DNA from: Kiritimatiellia bacterium
Lineage (GTDB): Bacteria; Verrucomicrobiota; Kiritimatiellia; RFP12; DVOR01
Length of the DNA: 63,668 nt
Assembly: GCA_900771325.1 (NCBI GenBank)
Contig: CAAGNN010000087.1
Span: 1-63,668, forward strand
Direction: 5' to 3'
This document shows positions 25,623-34,177 of the stretch, piece by piece. The position numbers and the translations under genes are program-made. Positions within the stretch are counted from its first letter, which is position 1. Each line of letters opens with the position of its first letter. Under the pieces are notes generated by a model. That model worked only from the letters and a program-made list of their open reading frames with translations. It was not told the DNA's origin and did no database searches.

Positions 25623-26143
25623 TGGCACGTCAGCGGCGCAGACGCCACCGCGCCAAAGCCCCCCGCCGCGCCCCGCCCCAAGCGAAACGGTCGGCGGCAC
25701 GGGCTTCTTCGGCGCGCCCGAAACGGGCGCGCTCTGAGCGTTTTTCCGGCCCGGTCTGCGCTGTCATTGCCGCCATTACTATTGGGGTCGGCATCGGCAT
25801 CTGCTATGGCAACCTCGGCCGCGCGGTCAAGGTCCCCGGCGAAGCCTATCAAACCACCGACGCTTCGGGCCCGTGGTACCGCTATGTACTGCCCGGGGTC
25901 GAGGCGCGCTTAGTCACCCTCCGCCATCTGCGCCTGGTGCGCGCCGCCTTGCTCGAGCGCTCGCTCGAATTCGGCGGGGCTTTGCCCGAGAGCCTGGAGG
26001 AGTTGGTGGACGAGGGGCGCATTCCCAAGGCTGCCCTCGAAGATGGTTGGGAGGAGCCGCTGCGCTACGAGTGCCGGCCGGATGGCACCTGGCAGGTGAG
26101 TTCTTGCCACTTGGAGCAAGCGGACGAGGAGGACGAACCGTGA
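25622..26143 (+). CDS. hypothetical bitopic membrane protein (Arg-rich N-terminus, pseudopilin-G-like C-terminal region)
   Basis: The ATG overlaps the glyA stop (TAATG). One TM (VCAVIAAITIGVGIGICYG). The C-terminal DGWEEPLRYECRPDGTWQVSS resembles the GspG C-terminal DPWG.PY.Y pattern, but there is no prepilin leader. Confidence 0.5.
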   Translation: MARQRRRRHRAKAPRRAPPQAKRSAARASSARPKRARSERFSGPVCAVIAAITIGVGIGICYGNLGRAVKVPGEAYQTTDASGPWYRYVLPGVEARLVTLRHLRLVRAALLERSLEFGGALPESLEELVDEGRIPKAALEDGWEEPLRYECRPDGTWQVSSCHLEQADEEDEP

Positions 26144-27396
26144 AGAAGCTCTTGGTTCTGCACGTGGCGGCCTTGGGGGCGGAGTTCCTGGCTAAGCACG
26201 GGGTCAAGCGGTTGGCCGGGCTGCCCATTCGGGCGATGGTGCCGGCCTTCCCGGCCGTCACCTGCACCGCCCAGGCCACCTTACGGACAGCCCTCCCGGC
26301 CGAAGCCCACGGAATGCCGGCCAATGGCCGTTATTTCCGCGAGACGATGTCGACGGCCTTCTGGAACCAGTCGGCCGGGTTGGTGCGCGGCGAGCGGATT
26401 TGGTCCGAGGCCCGGCAGCACGGCGCGCGGGTGGGGCTCTACTTCTTCCAGCAGTCGCTGGGCGAGGCGGTCGAGGAGATTGTCTCGCCCGCGCCCATCC
26501 ACACCCACGGCGGCGGGCTGATTATGGCCACCTACCAAAAGCCGACGAATGTTTTGGGCACGGCTAACCCCGTCCCGCTCTGGCGCTACTGGGGGCCGCT
26601 GGCTTCGCCGAAGGTGGGGTGGGGGATTGCCCAGGCGTTGATTGGTCGCCTCCGGCGCGGCGATGCGCCCGAGTTGCTCTTTGCCTATCTGCCGACCTTG
26701 GATTACGACCTGCAGCGCCACGGACCGGACCATCCGCGCGCGGCCGCCTCGCTCCAACACGCCCTGCGGCAGATTGAGGCGGTGGCCGAGGCCGCCCGGC
26801 GCGAGGGCTATGCGCTGGTCATCGCCGGCGACTACGCCATCACCCCCACCTTGCCCGGAGCCACCGGCGTGGCCTTCCCCAATAAGATCCTGCGCGCGTG
26901 CGGTCTCTTCGCCACCCGCACGGTCCGCCAAATGGCCTATCCAGATTTCTATCGCAGCCGCGCCGTGGCCGTCTGCGACCATCAGGTGACCCTCCTTTAC
27001 GGGCAGGACGCTGCCTCCGCCGAGGCCGCGCGGGAGGCCTTGGCCGCCCTACCGCAGGTGGAAGAGGTCCGCCCCGGGCCCGGCGGCGAAGGGCCGGACT
27101 GGATTGCCGAGGCCAAGCCGGGTTGTTGGTTCGCCTGGCCGTGGTGGCAAGATCCGCGCGAGGCACCGGACTACGCCACGCACGTGGATATTCACAACAA
27201 GCCGGGCTTCGACCCCTGCGAGCTCTTCTTTGGCCGTGTGCCGTGGCGCGTGTCGCAGGCCGTTGAGCGCGTTCGCGGCACCCACGGCCGCGCGGTGGGT
27301 CCCGGGACGGCCGTGGCCTATGCCTCCGAGGTGGAGTTGGGCCTGCCGCCGGATGCCGAAGCCTTTGCCCGCGCCCTGCGCGCGGCGATCAGTTAA
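26140..27396 (+). CDS. alkaline phosphatase superfamily protein (nucleotide pyrophosphatase/phosphodiesterase-like)
   Basis: The GTG overlaps the upstream stop (GTGA), with GAGGAGG 8 nt upstream. PAVTCTAQATLRTALPAEAHGMPANG matches the NPP nucleophile region (vT.P....l.TG..P..HG...N). Confidence 0.55.
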   Translation: MKKLLVLHVAALGAEFLAKHGVKRLAGLPIRAMVPAFPAVTCTAQATLRTALPAEAHGMPANGRYFRETMSTAFWNQSAGLVRGERIWSEARQHGARVGLYFFQQSLGEAVEEIVSPAPIHTHGGGLIMATYQKPTNVLGTANPVPLWRYWGPLASPKVGWGIAQALIGRLRRGDAPELLFAYLPTLDYDLQRHGPDHPRAAASLQHALRQIEAVAEAARREGYALVIAGDYAITPTLPGATGVAFPNKILRACGLFATRTVRQMAYPDFYRSRAVAVCDHQVTLLYGQDAASAEAAREALAALPQVEEVRPGPGGEGPDWIAEAKPGCWFAWPWWQDPREAPDYATHVDIHNKPGFDPCELFFGRVPWRVSQAVERVRGTHGRAVGPGTAVAYASEVELGLPPDAEAFARALRAAIS

Positions 27397-27408
27397 GGAA
27401 GACAATCA

Positions 27409-29130
27409 ATGACATTGCGTGAAGAGGCCGGAGATTTCCGGAGTTTGGGGTTGCCCGAGCCGCTGTTGCAGGCGGTTGAGGGGCTGGGGTTCAAGGCGCC
27501 GATGCCGATTCAATCGGCCGCCATTCCGCCCCTCTTGGCCCCCGAGGCGCCCGACTGCGTGGCCTTGGCCGCCACCGGCACGGGCAAAACCTGCGCCTAT
27601 GGTCTGCCGCTCTTGGCGCGCGTGGCGGGCGAAGAGCACGCGGTGCAGGGGCTCATCTTGGCCCCCACGCGCGAACTCTGCCTGCAGATTGGCGAGGAGT
27701 TGGCCCGCTTTGCCAAGCACCTGCCGCAGGTGCGCGTGGTGGCTTGCTACGGCGGCGCGCCCATCGGCCAGCAGATTGCGAAGCTCAATCGCGGGGCGCA
27801 GGTGGTCGTGGCTACCCCCGGGCGACTCTGCGACCTCCTGCGGCGCGAAGCGATCGCCCTGGAGACCGTCCGCACCTGCGTCCTTGATGAAGCCGACGAG
27901 ATGCTCGACTTGGGCTTTCGCGAGGAGCTTGACTTCATCCTCGAGCGCGTGCCGGACTCCGCCGCGAAGTGGCTCTTCTCGGCCACGATGCCGCCGGAGG
28001 TCGAAGCCATCGCCGGGCGCTATATCCGCCAGCCGCTGGAGATCACCGTCGGCACCCGCAATGTGGCCCAGGCCAACATCTCCCACCACGCCTACGCCGT
28101 CGCCGAAAAGAACCGCTATGGCGCCCTGCGGCGCATCGTCGACTTCGTCCCCGAGATGTACGGCCTAGTCTTTTGCCGTACGCGGGCCGACACCCAGAAG
28201 CTGAGCGAGGCGTTGATGCACGATGGCGTCTACGCCGAAGCCCTCCACGGCGACCTCTCTCAGGCCCAACGCGACGCGGTGATGCGCAAGTTCCGCGACA
28301 AGGCCGTCCGCATCCTCGTGGCCACCGATGTCGCCGCGCGCGGCCTGGATGTCGAGGACATCACCCACGTCATCCACTACCATCTGCCCGACGACGCGGC
28401 CGTCTACACCCACCGCTCCGGCCGCACCGCCCGTGCCGGCAAGGCGGGCATCTCGATTGCCCTCGTCACCCCGCGCGACCGCCAGAAGCTCCGCCTCATC
28501 GAGCGTATCTGCGGCCTGCGCTTCGAGCAGCGCGCCATCCCGACCGCCGACGATGTCCGCCAAAAGCACGTCTTCTGGCTGGCCGAACAGGTCCGCCAAG
28601 TCCAGGAGATCAACCCGGCCATCCGCGAACTCTTGCCGGCCGTGGCCCCGCTGATGGGCCAACTCTCCGCCACCGAGGTCCTGGCGCGCATTCTCCAGCT
28701 GCGCCTGAGTTCGCTGATGGAGGCCTACGAGGACGCGCGCGACCTCAACCCCGTGGCCGCCCCCTCCCGTGCCGAGCGCGACGCGGCCTTTGGCGAGCGC
28801 AAGCGCATTATGCTCCACGTCGGGCGCTTGGACCACCTGCGCGAGGGCGCAGTCGTCCGCCTGGCGTGCGAACTGGCCGGTATCCAAGCCTCCGACATCG
28901 GAGCTATCGCCATCAAGCGCGAGTTCGCCTTCGTCGATGTGCGCGCCGAGCTCGGCGAGCGCGTCCTGGAAGCCTTGCGCGATGCGGACTTCGACGGCCG
29001 CCCGCTCAACCCCAAGTTCGTGGAGGCCACCCCCGAGCCGCCCCGCCCCAAAGGCCCCAAGGGCCGCAAGGGCAACTTCAAGGGCCGCGGCAAGGGCCAT
29101 CCCGGCAAGCGGCGGGAGGCGCATCGATGA
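27409..29130 (+). CDS. DEAD-box ATP-dependent RNA helicase with DbpA-type C-terminal RNA-binding domain
   Basis: PMPIQSAAIP, AATGTGKT, VLDEADEMLD, SAT and HRSGRTARAG motifs. C-terminal GIQASDIGAIAIKREFAFVDV, followed by a basic tail. Confidence 0.9.
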   Translation: MTLREEAGDFRSLGLPEPLLQAVEGLGFKAPMPIQSAAIPPLLAPEAPDCVALAATGTGKTCAYGLPLLARVAGEEHAVQGLILAPTRELCLQIGEELARFAKHLPQVRVVACYGGAPIGQQIAKLNRGAQVVVATPGRLCDLLRREAIALETVRTCVLDEADEMLDLGFREELDFILERVPDSAAKWLFSATMPPEVEAIAGRYIRQPLEITVGTRNVAQANISHHAYAVAEKNRYGALRRIVDFVPEMYGLVFCRTRADTQKLSEALMHDGVYAEALHGDLSQAQRDAVMRKFRDKAVRILVATDVAARGLDVEDITHVIHYHLPDDAAVYTHRSGRTARAGKAGISIALVTPRDRQKLRLIERICGLRFEQRAIPTADDVRQKHVFWLAEQVRQVQEINPAIRELLPAVAPLMGQLSATEVLARILQLRLSSLMEAYEDARDLNPVAAPSRAERDAAFGERKRIMLHVGRLDHLREGAVVRLACELAGIQASDIGAIAIKREFAFVDVRAELGERVLEALRDADFDGRPLNPKFVEATPEPPRPKGPKGRKGNFKGRGKGHPGKRREAHR

Positions 29131-30407
29131 AGCAGACCGTCTTTGGCCAACTCCATCCGGCCCTCCAGCAAGCCATCGCCGCGATGGGCTACCAGCGCCC
29201 CACGCCCATCCAGCAGGCGGCCATTGCCCCCATCCTCGCCGGTAAGGATGTGATGGGCTGCGCCCAGACCGGCACCGGCAAGACCGCAGCCTTCGCCCTG
29301 CCCCTCCTCCACCGCCTGGCCGCCAGCCACCCGACCCTGCGCCCCAAGCGCCCGCCGGTGCTCATCCTGGCCCCCACGCGCGAATTGGCCGCGCAGATTG
29401 AGACCAACTGCTCGGCCTACGCCAAGGGACTGGGTCTGCCCTGTGCGGTGGTCTTTGGCGGCGTAAACATCAAGTCGCAGGTGGAGGCCCTGGCCAAGGG
29501 CGTGGCCGTGCTTGTCGCCACCCCCGGGCGGCTGCTGGACCTCTGCAACCAGGGCGCGCTCTCCCTCGAAAGCGTCCGGGCCGTCGTCCTCGACGAGGCC
29601 GATCGCATGCTCGATATGGGCTTTTTGCCCGACATCCGCAAGGTCCTGGCCAAGCTACCCCGCGCGCGCCAATCGCTCTTCTTCTCGGCCACCCTTTCGC
29701 CGGAGATTACGGCCCTGGCCAAGCAGTTCATCCAGGGCAAGGCCGTCGACATCCGCATCAACCCCGAGGCGCCGACCGTCGACAAGATCCGCCAGCGCGT
29801 CCTCTTCGTCGATAAGGAGAAGAAGTATTCCCTGCTCAAGTGGGTCCTCGATTCGCCCAAGTGCTTCCGCGTCATCGTCTTTCCGCGGATGAAACACGGG
29901 GCCGACCGCCTCTGCAAGCAGCTCACGCGCGATGGCTTCCCCGCCGCCGCCCTCCACGGCGACAAGAGCCAAGCCGCCCGTCTGCGCGCTCTCGAAGGCT
30001 TCCGCTCGGGCAAGGTCCAAGTCCTCGTGGCCACCGACATCGCCGCGCGCGGGATTGATGTCGACGACGTCACCCACGTCATCAACTACGACCTCCCCGA
30101 CGAGCCCGAAACCTACGTCCACCGTATTGGCCGCACCGCCCGCGCCGGTGCCGAAGGCGAAGCCATCAGCCTCGTCTGCCCGCACGACCGCCAGGCCCTG
30201 CGCACCATCGAGAAGTTCATCGGCCGCCCCATCCCCCAGGATGCCGACCAGCCCTTCCACTCCGAAGCCGCCCGCAACGCAATGGGCGCCGATGCCGTCC
30301 GCCCCAAACGCGCCCCCCAGCCGCGTCCGCCACGCCCGGCTAAGCCCGCAGCCGTCAGCGCGCGCTCAAAACCCTTCTTCGCCGCCGTCAAACGTCCCCG
30401 CCCGTGA
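29127..30407 (+). CDS. DEAD-box ATP-dependent RNA helicase (RhlE-like)
   Basis: The ATG overlaps the upstream stop (ATGA). PTPIQQAAI, AQTGTGKT, VLDEADRMLD, SAT and HRIGRTARAG motifs. Confidence 0.9.
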   Translation: MKQTVFGQLHPALQQAIAAMGYQRPTPIQQAAIAPILAGKDVMGCAQTGTGKTAAFALPLLHRLAASHPTLRPKRPPVLILAPTRELAAQIETNCSAYAKGLGLPCAVVFGGVNIKSQVEALAKGVAVLVATPGRLLDLCNQGALSLESVRAVVLDEADRMLDMGFLPDIRKVLAKLPRARQSLFFSATLSPEITALAKQFIQGKAVDIRINPEAPTVDKIRQRVLFVDKEKKYSLLKWVLDSPKCFRVIVFPRMKHGADRLCKQLTRDGFPAAALHGDKSQAARLRALEGFRSGKVQVLVATDIAARGIDVDDVTHVINYDLPDEPETYVHRIGRTARAGAEGEAISLVCPHDRQALRTIEKFIGRPIPQDADQPFHSEAARNAMGADAVRPKRAPQPRPPRPAKPAAVSARSKPFFAAVKRPRP

Positions 30408-30838
30408 GGTCCCCTATGCTCATCGTCACCAAAACCGTCTCCTTCGACGCCGCCCACCTCCTCACCGGCCACGCTGGCCAGTGCCGCAACCTCCACGGCC
30501 ACACCTACCAGCTCACCGTCGAGCTCGGCAACGTCCCCCCCATCCCCGGCCAACCCGAGGATATGGTGATGGACTTCAAGGAGGTCAAATCCGTCCTCCA
30601 GGAGGAGATCGTCTCCTGCTGCGACCACGCCTTCCTCTACAACACCACCTCCGCCGTCGAGAGCGACATCGCTTCCGTCCTCCAAAAGCACGGCCTGCGC
30701 GTCTATCCCCTCCCCCACCGCACCACCTCCGAACTGCTGGCCAAACACTTCTTCGCCAAGATCGCCGCCCGCGGTCTCCCCGTTACCGCCGTCTCCCTCC
30801 GCGAAACCCCCGAATCCTGCGCCACCTACCGCCCTTAA
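30404..30838 (+). CDS. queD: 6-carboxy-5,6,7,8-tetrahydropterin synthase
   Basis: SFDAAHLLTGHAGQCRNLHGHTYQL motif. The GTG at 30404 overlaps the helicase stop; an alternative start is the ATG at 30416. Confidence 0.85.
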   Translation: MRSPMLIVTKTVSFDAAHLLTGHAGQCRNLHGHTYQLTVELGNVPPIPGQPEDMVMDFKEVKSVLQEEIVSCCDHAFLYNTTSAVESDIASVLQKHGLRVYPLPHRTTSELLAKHFFAKIAARGLPVTAVSLRETPESCATYRP

Positions 30839-30867
30839 CGCGCCCGTTTCGCAACGGCTGCTTTCCC

Positions 30868-30900
30868 GACAAGGCCACCAATCCGTGGCCTTGTCTTTTT
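30868..30900 (+). terminator. rho-independent terminator after queD
   Basis: GACAAGGCCAC (30868-30878), loop CAATCC, GTGGCCTTGTC (30885-30895), then TTTTT. Confidence 0.85.
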
Positions 30901-30923
30901 CCCTTCGCCCCAGCCTCAAATCG

Positions 30924-31143
30924 CATCCGCCCCGGGTTCGAGGTCAACCTGGGGCGGGTCGGGGGTCAACCCGGGGCGGGTCGGGGGTGAACCCGGGGCG
31001 GGTCGGGGGTGAACCCGGGGCGGGTCCGTCTCGAATCCGGGGCGGGTCGAGGGTCAACTCGGGGCGGGTCGGGGGTGAACTCGGGGCGGGTCGGGGGTCA
31101 ACTTGGGGCGGGTCCATCTCGAATCCGGGGCGGATGGCCTGGC
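30924..31143. repeat. 22-bp tandem array, 10 units, opposite orientation to the array at 1-154
   Basis: AACCCGGGGCGGGTCGGGGGTG-type units start at 30924, 30946 ... 31122. Confidence 0.95.
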
Positions 31144-31241
31144 GGAGCAGGCCGACGCACGACTCTTAATGGCACCGCTTAACCTCTCACTCGGGGCGGT
31201 TTCTCGGAGGCCGAAGCCCCTGTCTCCCCTCCCCACCCCCT

Positions 31242-31303
31242 CCGTCGCGGCACGCGGCTGTCCGCTGTCCGCTGTCGGCTGTCCGCTACGAGCGCAGCGA
31301 GCC
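31242..31303. repeat. mosaic element tail: CCGTCGCGGCACGCG + 7-bp microsatellite + GCGCAGCGAGCC
   Basis: CCGTCGCGGCACGCG at 31242-31256. Heptamers GCTGTCC GCTGTCC GCTGTCG GCTGTCC GCTACGA at 31257-31291. GCGCAGCGAGCC at 31292-31303. Confidence 0.9.
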
Positions 31304-31313
31304 CGCCCGTCTG

Positions 31314-31342
31314 TTGACCTGCTGGGGGACAGCCGATATAAT
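31314..31342 (+). promoter_or_regulatory. consensus-like promoter TTGACC-N17-TATAAT
   Basis: TTGACC at 31314-31319 and TATAAT at 31337-31342. The ATG at 31350 lies 7 nt downstream of the hexamer. Confidence 0.55.
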
Positions 31343-34130
31343 GCGCGCTATGTTTTGGTTTTTATTGGCGTGGCAGCGGGGACGATGGGCGGCAATCCGG
31401 GGATTGCTCGCGGGGGTGGTTTTGAGCGCGGCGGGGGTGTGGGCGGAGGTGCCGGGGGCTGGGGAGGCGCAGTATCTGATTGTGACGACCGAGGCGCTGC
31501 GGGAGGGCTTTGAGGCGTTGGCGGCCTTTCGCGCGTCGCCGGAGGGGGGCGGGCTGCGCACGCGCATGCTGACGGTGGAGGCTATCAACCGCGAGCGGAC
31601 GGAGGCGCGGCTGGAGGAGCGTATTCGCGGGGCCATTCAGTCGGCCTACCAGACGGCGGGGACGCAGTTTGTGGTGCTGGGGGGCCGGGCCGAGGCGATT
31701 CCGCCGGTGCGCGCGTGGACGCCGGTGACGGGCATTGCCAATCAGTGGACGGCGCAGCGAGGGACGCCGACGGATTGGTATTACGCCTGCCTGGAGGGGG
31801 AGCCGTGGCCGCAGACGGAGACGGGCTTCTGCGCCTATCCCAATCTGGCGGGGCTGGACTTGACGGCGGAGGTGTGCGTGGGGCGCATTCCGGCGGTGGA
31901 TGTGGCCTCGGTCAAGCGCTACGTCCGCCGGTTGCAGCGTTATGGGTGCCCGACGTCGCCGGCGGCGTTGCGCGCGGACCACGTGCTCTTGAATGGGCTG
32001 GCGATGTCGGCCACGGCGATTGCCGACTGGGGCAAGGCGGATGGTACGCGCTCGGATGGCTACCCGTGGATCCGGGAGGCCGGTCACCCCGAGGGCGCGA
32101 GCGACTCGGAGCTGTGGCTGCGCAATATCTACCTCTCGCGCATTCTCCCCGCGCGGCCCGGGGCGACGGTCGACCTCTGCTTCCCGAATGCCTGCGGCGA
32201 CCCCGAGACGCGCGATCGCTTCACCTCGGCGCTCTCGATTGACCGCCCGGCGGACTTCGATCGCTACCTCGCCCAGCGGCCGGAGTTCGTGGCCCTCTCC
32301 TCACACGGTCTGCCCGCCGGCGTGGGGCGCCTGACGCCGCTCGCTTCCTCGCGCCCCGGCAACGCCTGGGGCATCGTCTACACCGTGGGCTGTAACACCG
32401 CGCAGTTCGACGCGCCTTCCCTGGCCAATGGCGGTCAGGACACCGGGATGGCCCTGCCGGAGGCCGGGGCCTTCGATGGCACGTGGCAGACCTACGCGCT
32501 CGCCGAGCACACCCTTTTGGGCAGCGAGGAGAGCGGCGGCTTGGTCTACATCGCCTCGACGCGCGAGGGGTGGCGGGTCGATGGCATTGGCGGCATCGGC
32601 GGGAAGTCCTACGAATACCTGGCGGCCTTCGCGGAACTCTGGGCGCAGGGCGGCAAGAGCCTGGGCGAGTGCTTTAATGAGCATAAGCGGGGTTTCGTCG
32701 AGCGGGCTTCGCGCGAGGGGGCCTACGACGAGCGTTCGCTTCTGATGGGGACGACCTACTTCGGCGACCCTGCGTTGAGGCCGTTGCGTGACCGGCCGAC
32801 GGCGGCCTTCGAGCCGGTGGAGATGCGCTTTGAGGATGGCTCGAGTGTCGAGGCACGGAGCGGTTTGTGCGGGATGCGTTTGGATGAAGTGGCCCCGGTG
32901 ATGGCGCGCGAGGGGCTGGTCTTCACGGGCTGGGCCCGGGCGGATGGGACGGCGGTGGCGGGCGCTGAGCTCGTCACCTCGGCGTGGCAGGGGAGCACCT
33001 TCGTGGCGACCTGGCGCGAGGCCACCGCCGGCGAGCGCGAGCCCGTGCCGACGGTCGACCCGGCGCTGATGCGCGAAGGCTTCGAGGGGGGCAGCGCCAC
33101 GGTGGCGGTCAAGGGCTACGCCCTCGCGCCCACCTCGCGGAGCACGCCGGTTGTCCGCACCTTCTCGGCGGGGGACGCGCCCTGTTGGCTGACCTTTCAC
33201 GTGCGCCACGAGGCGGGCTTTGAGAACGACGAGGACTGCGGCGTGGTGGCGGCCGTGCAGGGTTCGACCGGGACGCTCTCCCTGCAACGGCGGTGGGACC
33301 TGGGGTGGACGCTCGACCTGGAGGGCACCCCCGTGGGGGCCGTGGCCGTGCCGCTTGCCACTTGGCACCACGTGGCCCTCCACCTCACGGCCGAGGGGTG
33401 CGCGCTCTACCTGAATGGCGAGCTGAAGGCCTCGCTGCCCTCGCTGGGCTTGGGGGAGATGACGGTGGTCTTTGGCGGCAAGTCAGAGAGCGATCGGTAT
33501 GGTTGGGCCAATGCCGGAACGCTTTACTTGGATGAGGCGCTGGCCTTTGCGGCCGAGGCGGGGGTGGAGGCGGCCGATCTCTTTAAGCTTCATCAGGTGG
33601 CGGCGGACGCAGTGCCCGTGCGGCGGACACTCTCGGCGGCGGAGGGTCTGGCCATTCCCGCTGGCGTGCCGCCGCAGATGGCGTTGATGCTCGCCGGTCG
33701 GGGGAGCTTGGCGCCGGCGGCGGGGGCAGCGCTGCCGCCTGTAGTCGCGCCCATCTTCCCAGCCGTGCAGTTGCCGGAAGCGGGCAGCATTTGGACCACG
33801 CCGCAGAACCGCGAGGCGATGGGGCTGGCGATGTTCGCGTGGGACCCGGGCGAGGCTGCACCGCCCCAAGCCGGTTGGGTGGCCGTGGCCAAGCCGGAGC
33901 TGACCGTGACGCGCCTGGCGTTGGGGGAGGACGGCGCGCTGGAGGTCGAGGCAGAGGTCTCGTCGGCCCTACCAGTTGCCTTCACCCCGCAAGCGACCTT
34001 CCGCCTGGTGGAGGCGAGCGACGGCGCTACCGAAGCGACCCCGAGCGCGGACATTTCCGGCGCCTCGGCGCGGTTGCGTCTGCCCCCTGCGGAGGCCAAG
34101 CAGCGCCTCTTCCGCGTCCGCGTGCAGTAG
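31341..34130 (+). CDS. secreted peptidase C25 (gingipain)-like protein with C-terminal LamG/concanavalin-like domain
   Basis: AQYLIVTTEALREGFEALAAFR...QFVVLGGRAEAIPP is like the C25 N-terminal region. The candidate His/Cys dyad SSHG...VYTVGCNTAQF has 29-residue spacing. LATWHHVALHLTAEGCALYLNGEL is LamG-like. The start is ambiguous: the ATG at 31341 overlaps the -10, and the ATG at 31350 would be leaderless. Confidence 0.65.
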   Translation: MRAMFWFLLAWQRGRWAAIRGLLAGVVLSAAGVWAEVPGAGEAQYLIVTTEALREGFEALAAFRASPEGGGLRTRMLTVEAINRERTEARLEERIRGAIQSAYQTAGTQFVVLGGRAEAIPPVRAWTPVTGIANQWTAQRGTPTDWYYACLEGEPWPQTETGFCAYPNLAGLDLTAEVCVGRIPAVDVASVKRYVRRLQRYGCPTSPAALRADHVLLNGLAMSATAIADWGKADGTRSDGYPWIREAGHPEGASDSELWLRNIYLSRILPARPGATVDLCFPNACGDPETRDRFTSALSIDRPADFDRYLAQRPEFVALSSHGLPAGVGRLTPLASSRPGNAWGIVYTVGCNTAQFDAPSLANGGQDTGMALPEAGAFDGTWQTYALAEHTLLGSEESGGLVYIASTREGWRVDGIGGIGGKSYEYLAAFAELWAQGGKSLGECFNEHKRGFVERASREGAYDERSLLMGTTYFGDPALRPLRDRPTAAFEPVEMRFEDGSSVEARSGLCGMRLDEVAPVMAREGLVFTGWARADGTAVAGAELVTSAWQGSTFVATWREATAGEREPVPTVDPALMREGFEGGSATVAVKGYALAPTSRSTPVVRTFSAGDAPCWLTFHVRHEAGFENDEDCGVVAAVQGSTGTLSLQRRWDLGWTLDLEGTPVGAVAVPLATWHHVALHLTAEGCALYLNGELKASLPSLGLGEMTVVFGGKSESDRYGWANAGTLYLDEALAFAAEAGVEAADLFKLHQVAADAVPVRRTLSAAEGLAIPAGVPPQMALMLAGRGSLAPAAGAALPPVVAPIFPAVQLPEAGSIWTTPQNREAMGLAMFAWDPGEAAPPQAGWVAVAKPELTVTRLALGEDGALEVEAEVSSALPVAFTPQATFRLVEASDGATEATPSADISGASARLRLPPAEAKQRLFRVRVQ

Positions 34131-34131
34131 A

Positions 34132-34142
34132 TGTGTTATACT
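34132..34142 (+). promoter_or_regulatory. extended -10 element TGTGTTATACT
   Basis: TGTG-N-TAnnnT motif 35 nt upstream of the ATG at 34178. GGAGG lies 8 nt upstream of that ATG. Confidence 0.45.
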
Positions 34143-34177
34143 AGGGGCGTAAGTGCGGCTTATTTGGAGGACGAACA

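Noticed and set aside
30924-30950. tRNA-like GGTTCGA strings (for example CCGGGTTCGAGGTC here, and similar strings at about 4581 and 57660)
   Set aside because: They are part of the 22-bp repeat units. No acceptor stem, anticodon arm or cloverleaf can be drawn. I found no tRNA, rRNA, tmRNA or RNase P candidate in any intergenic region.
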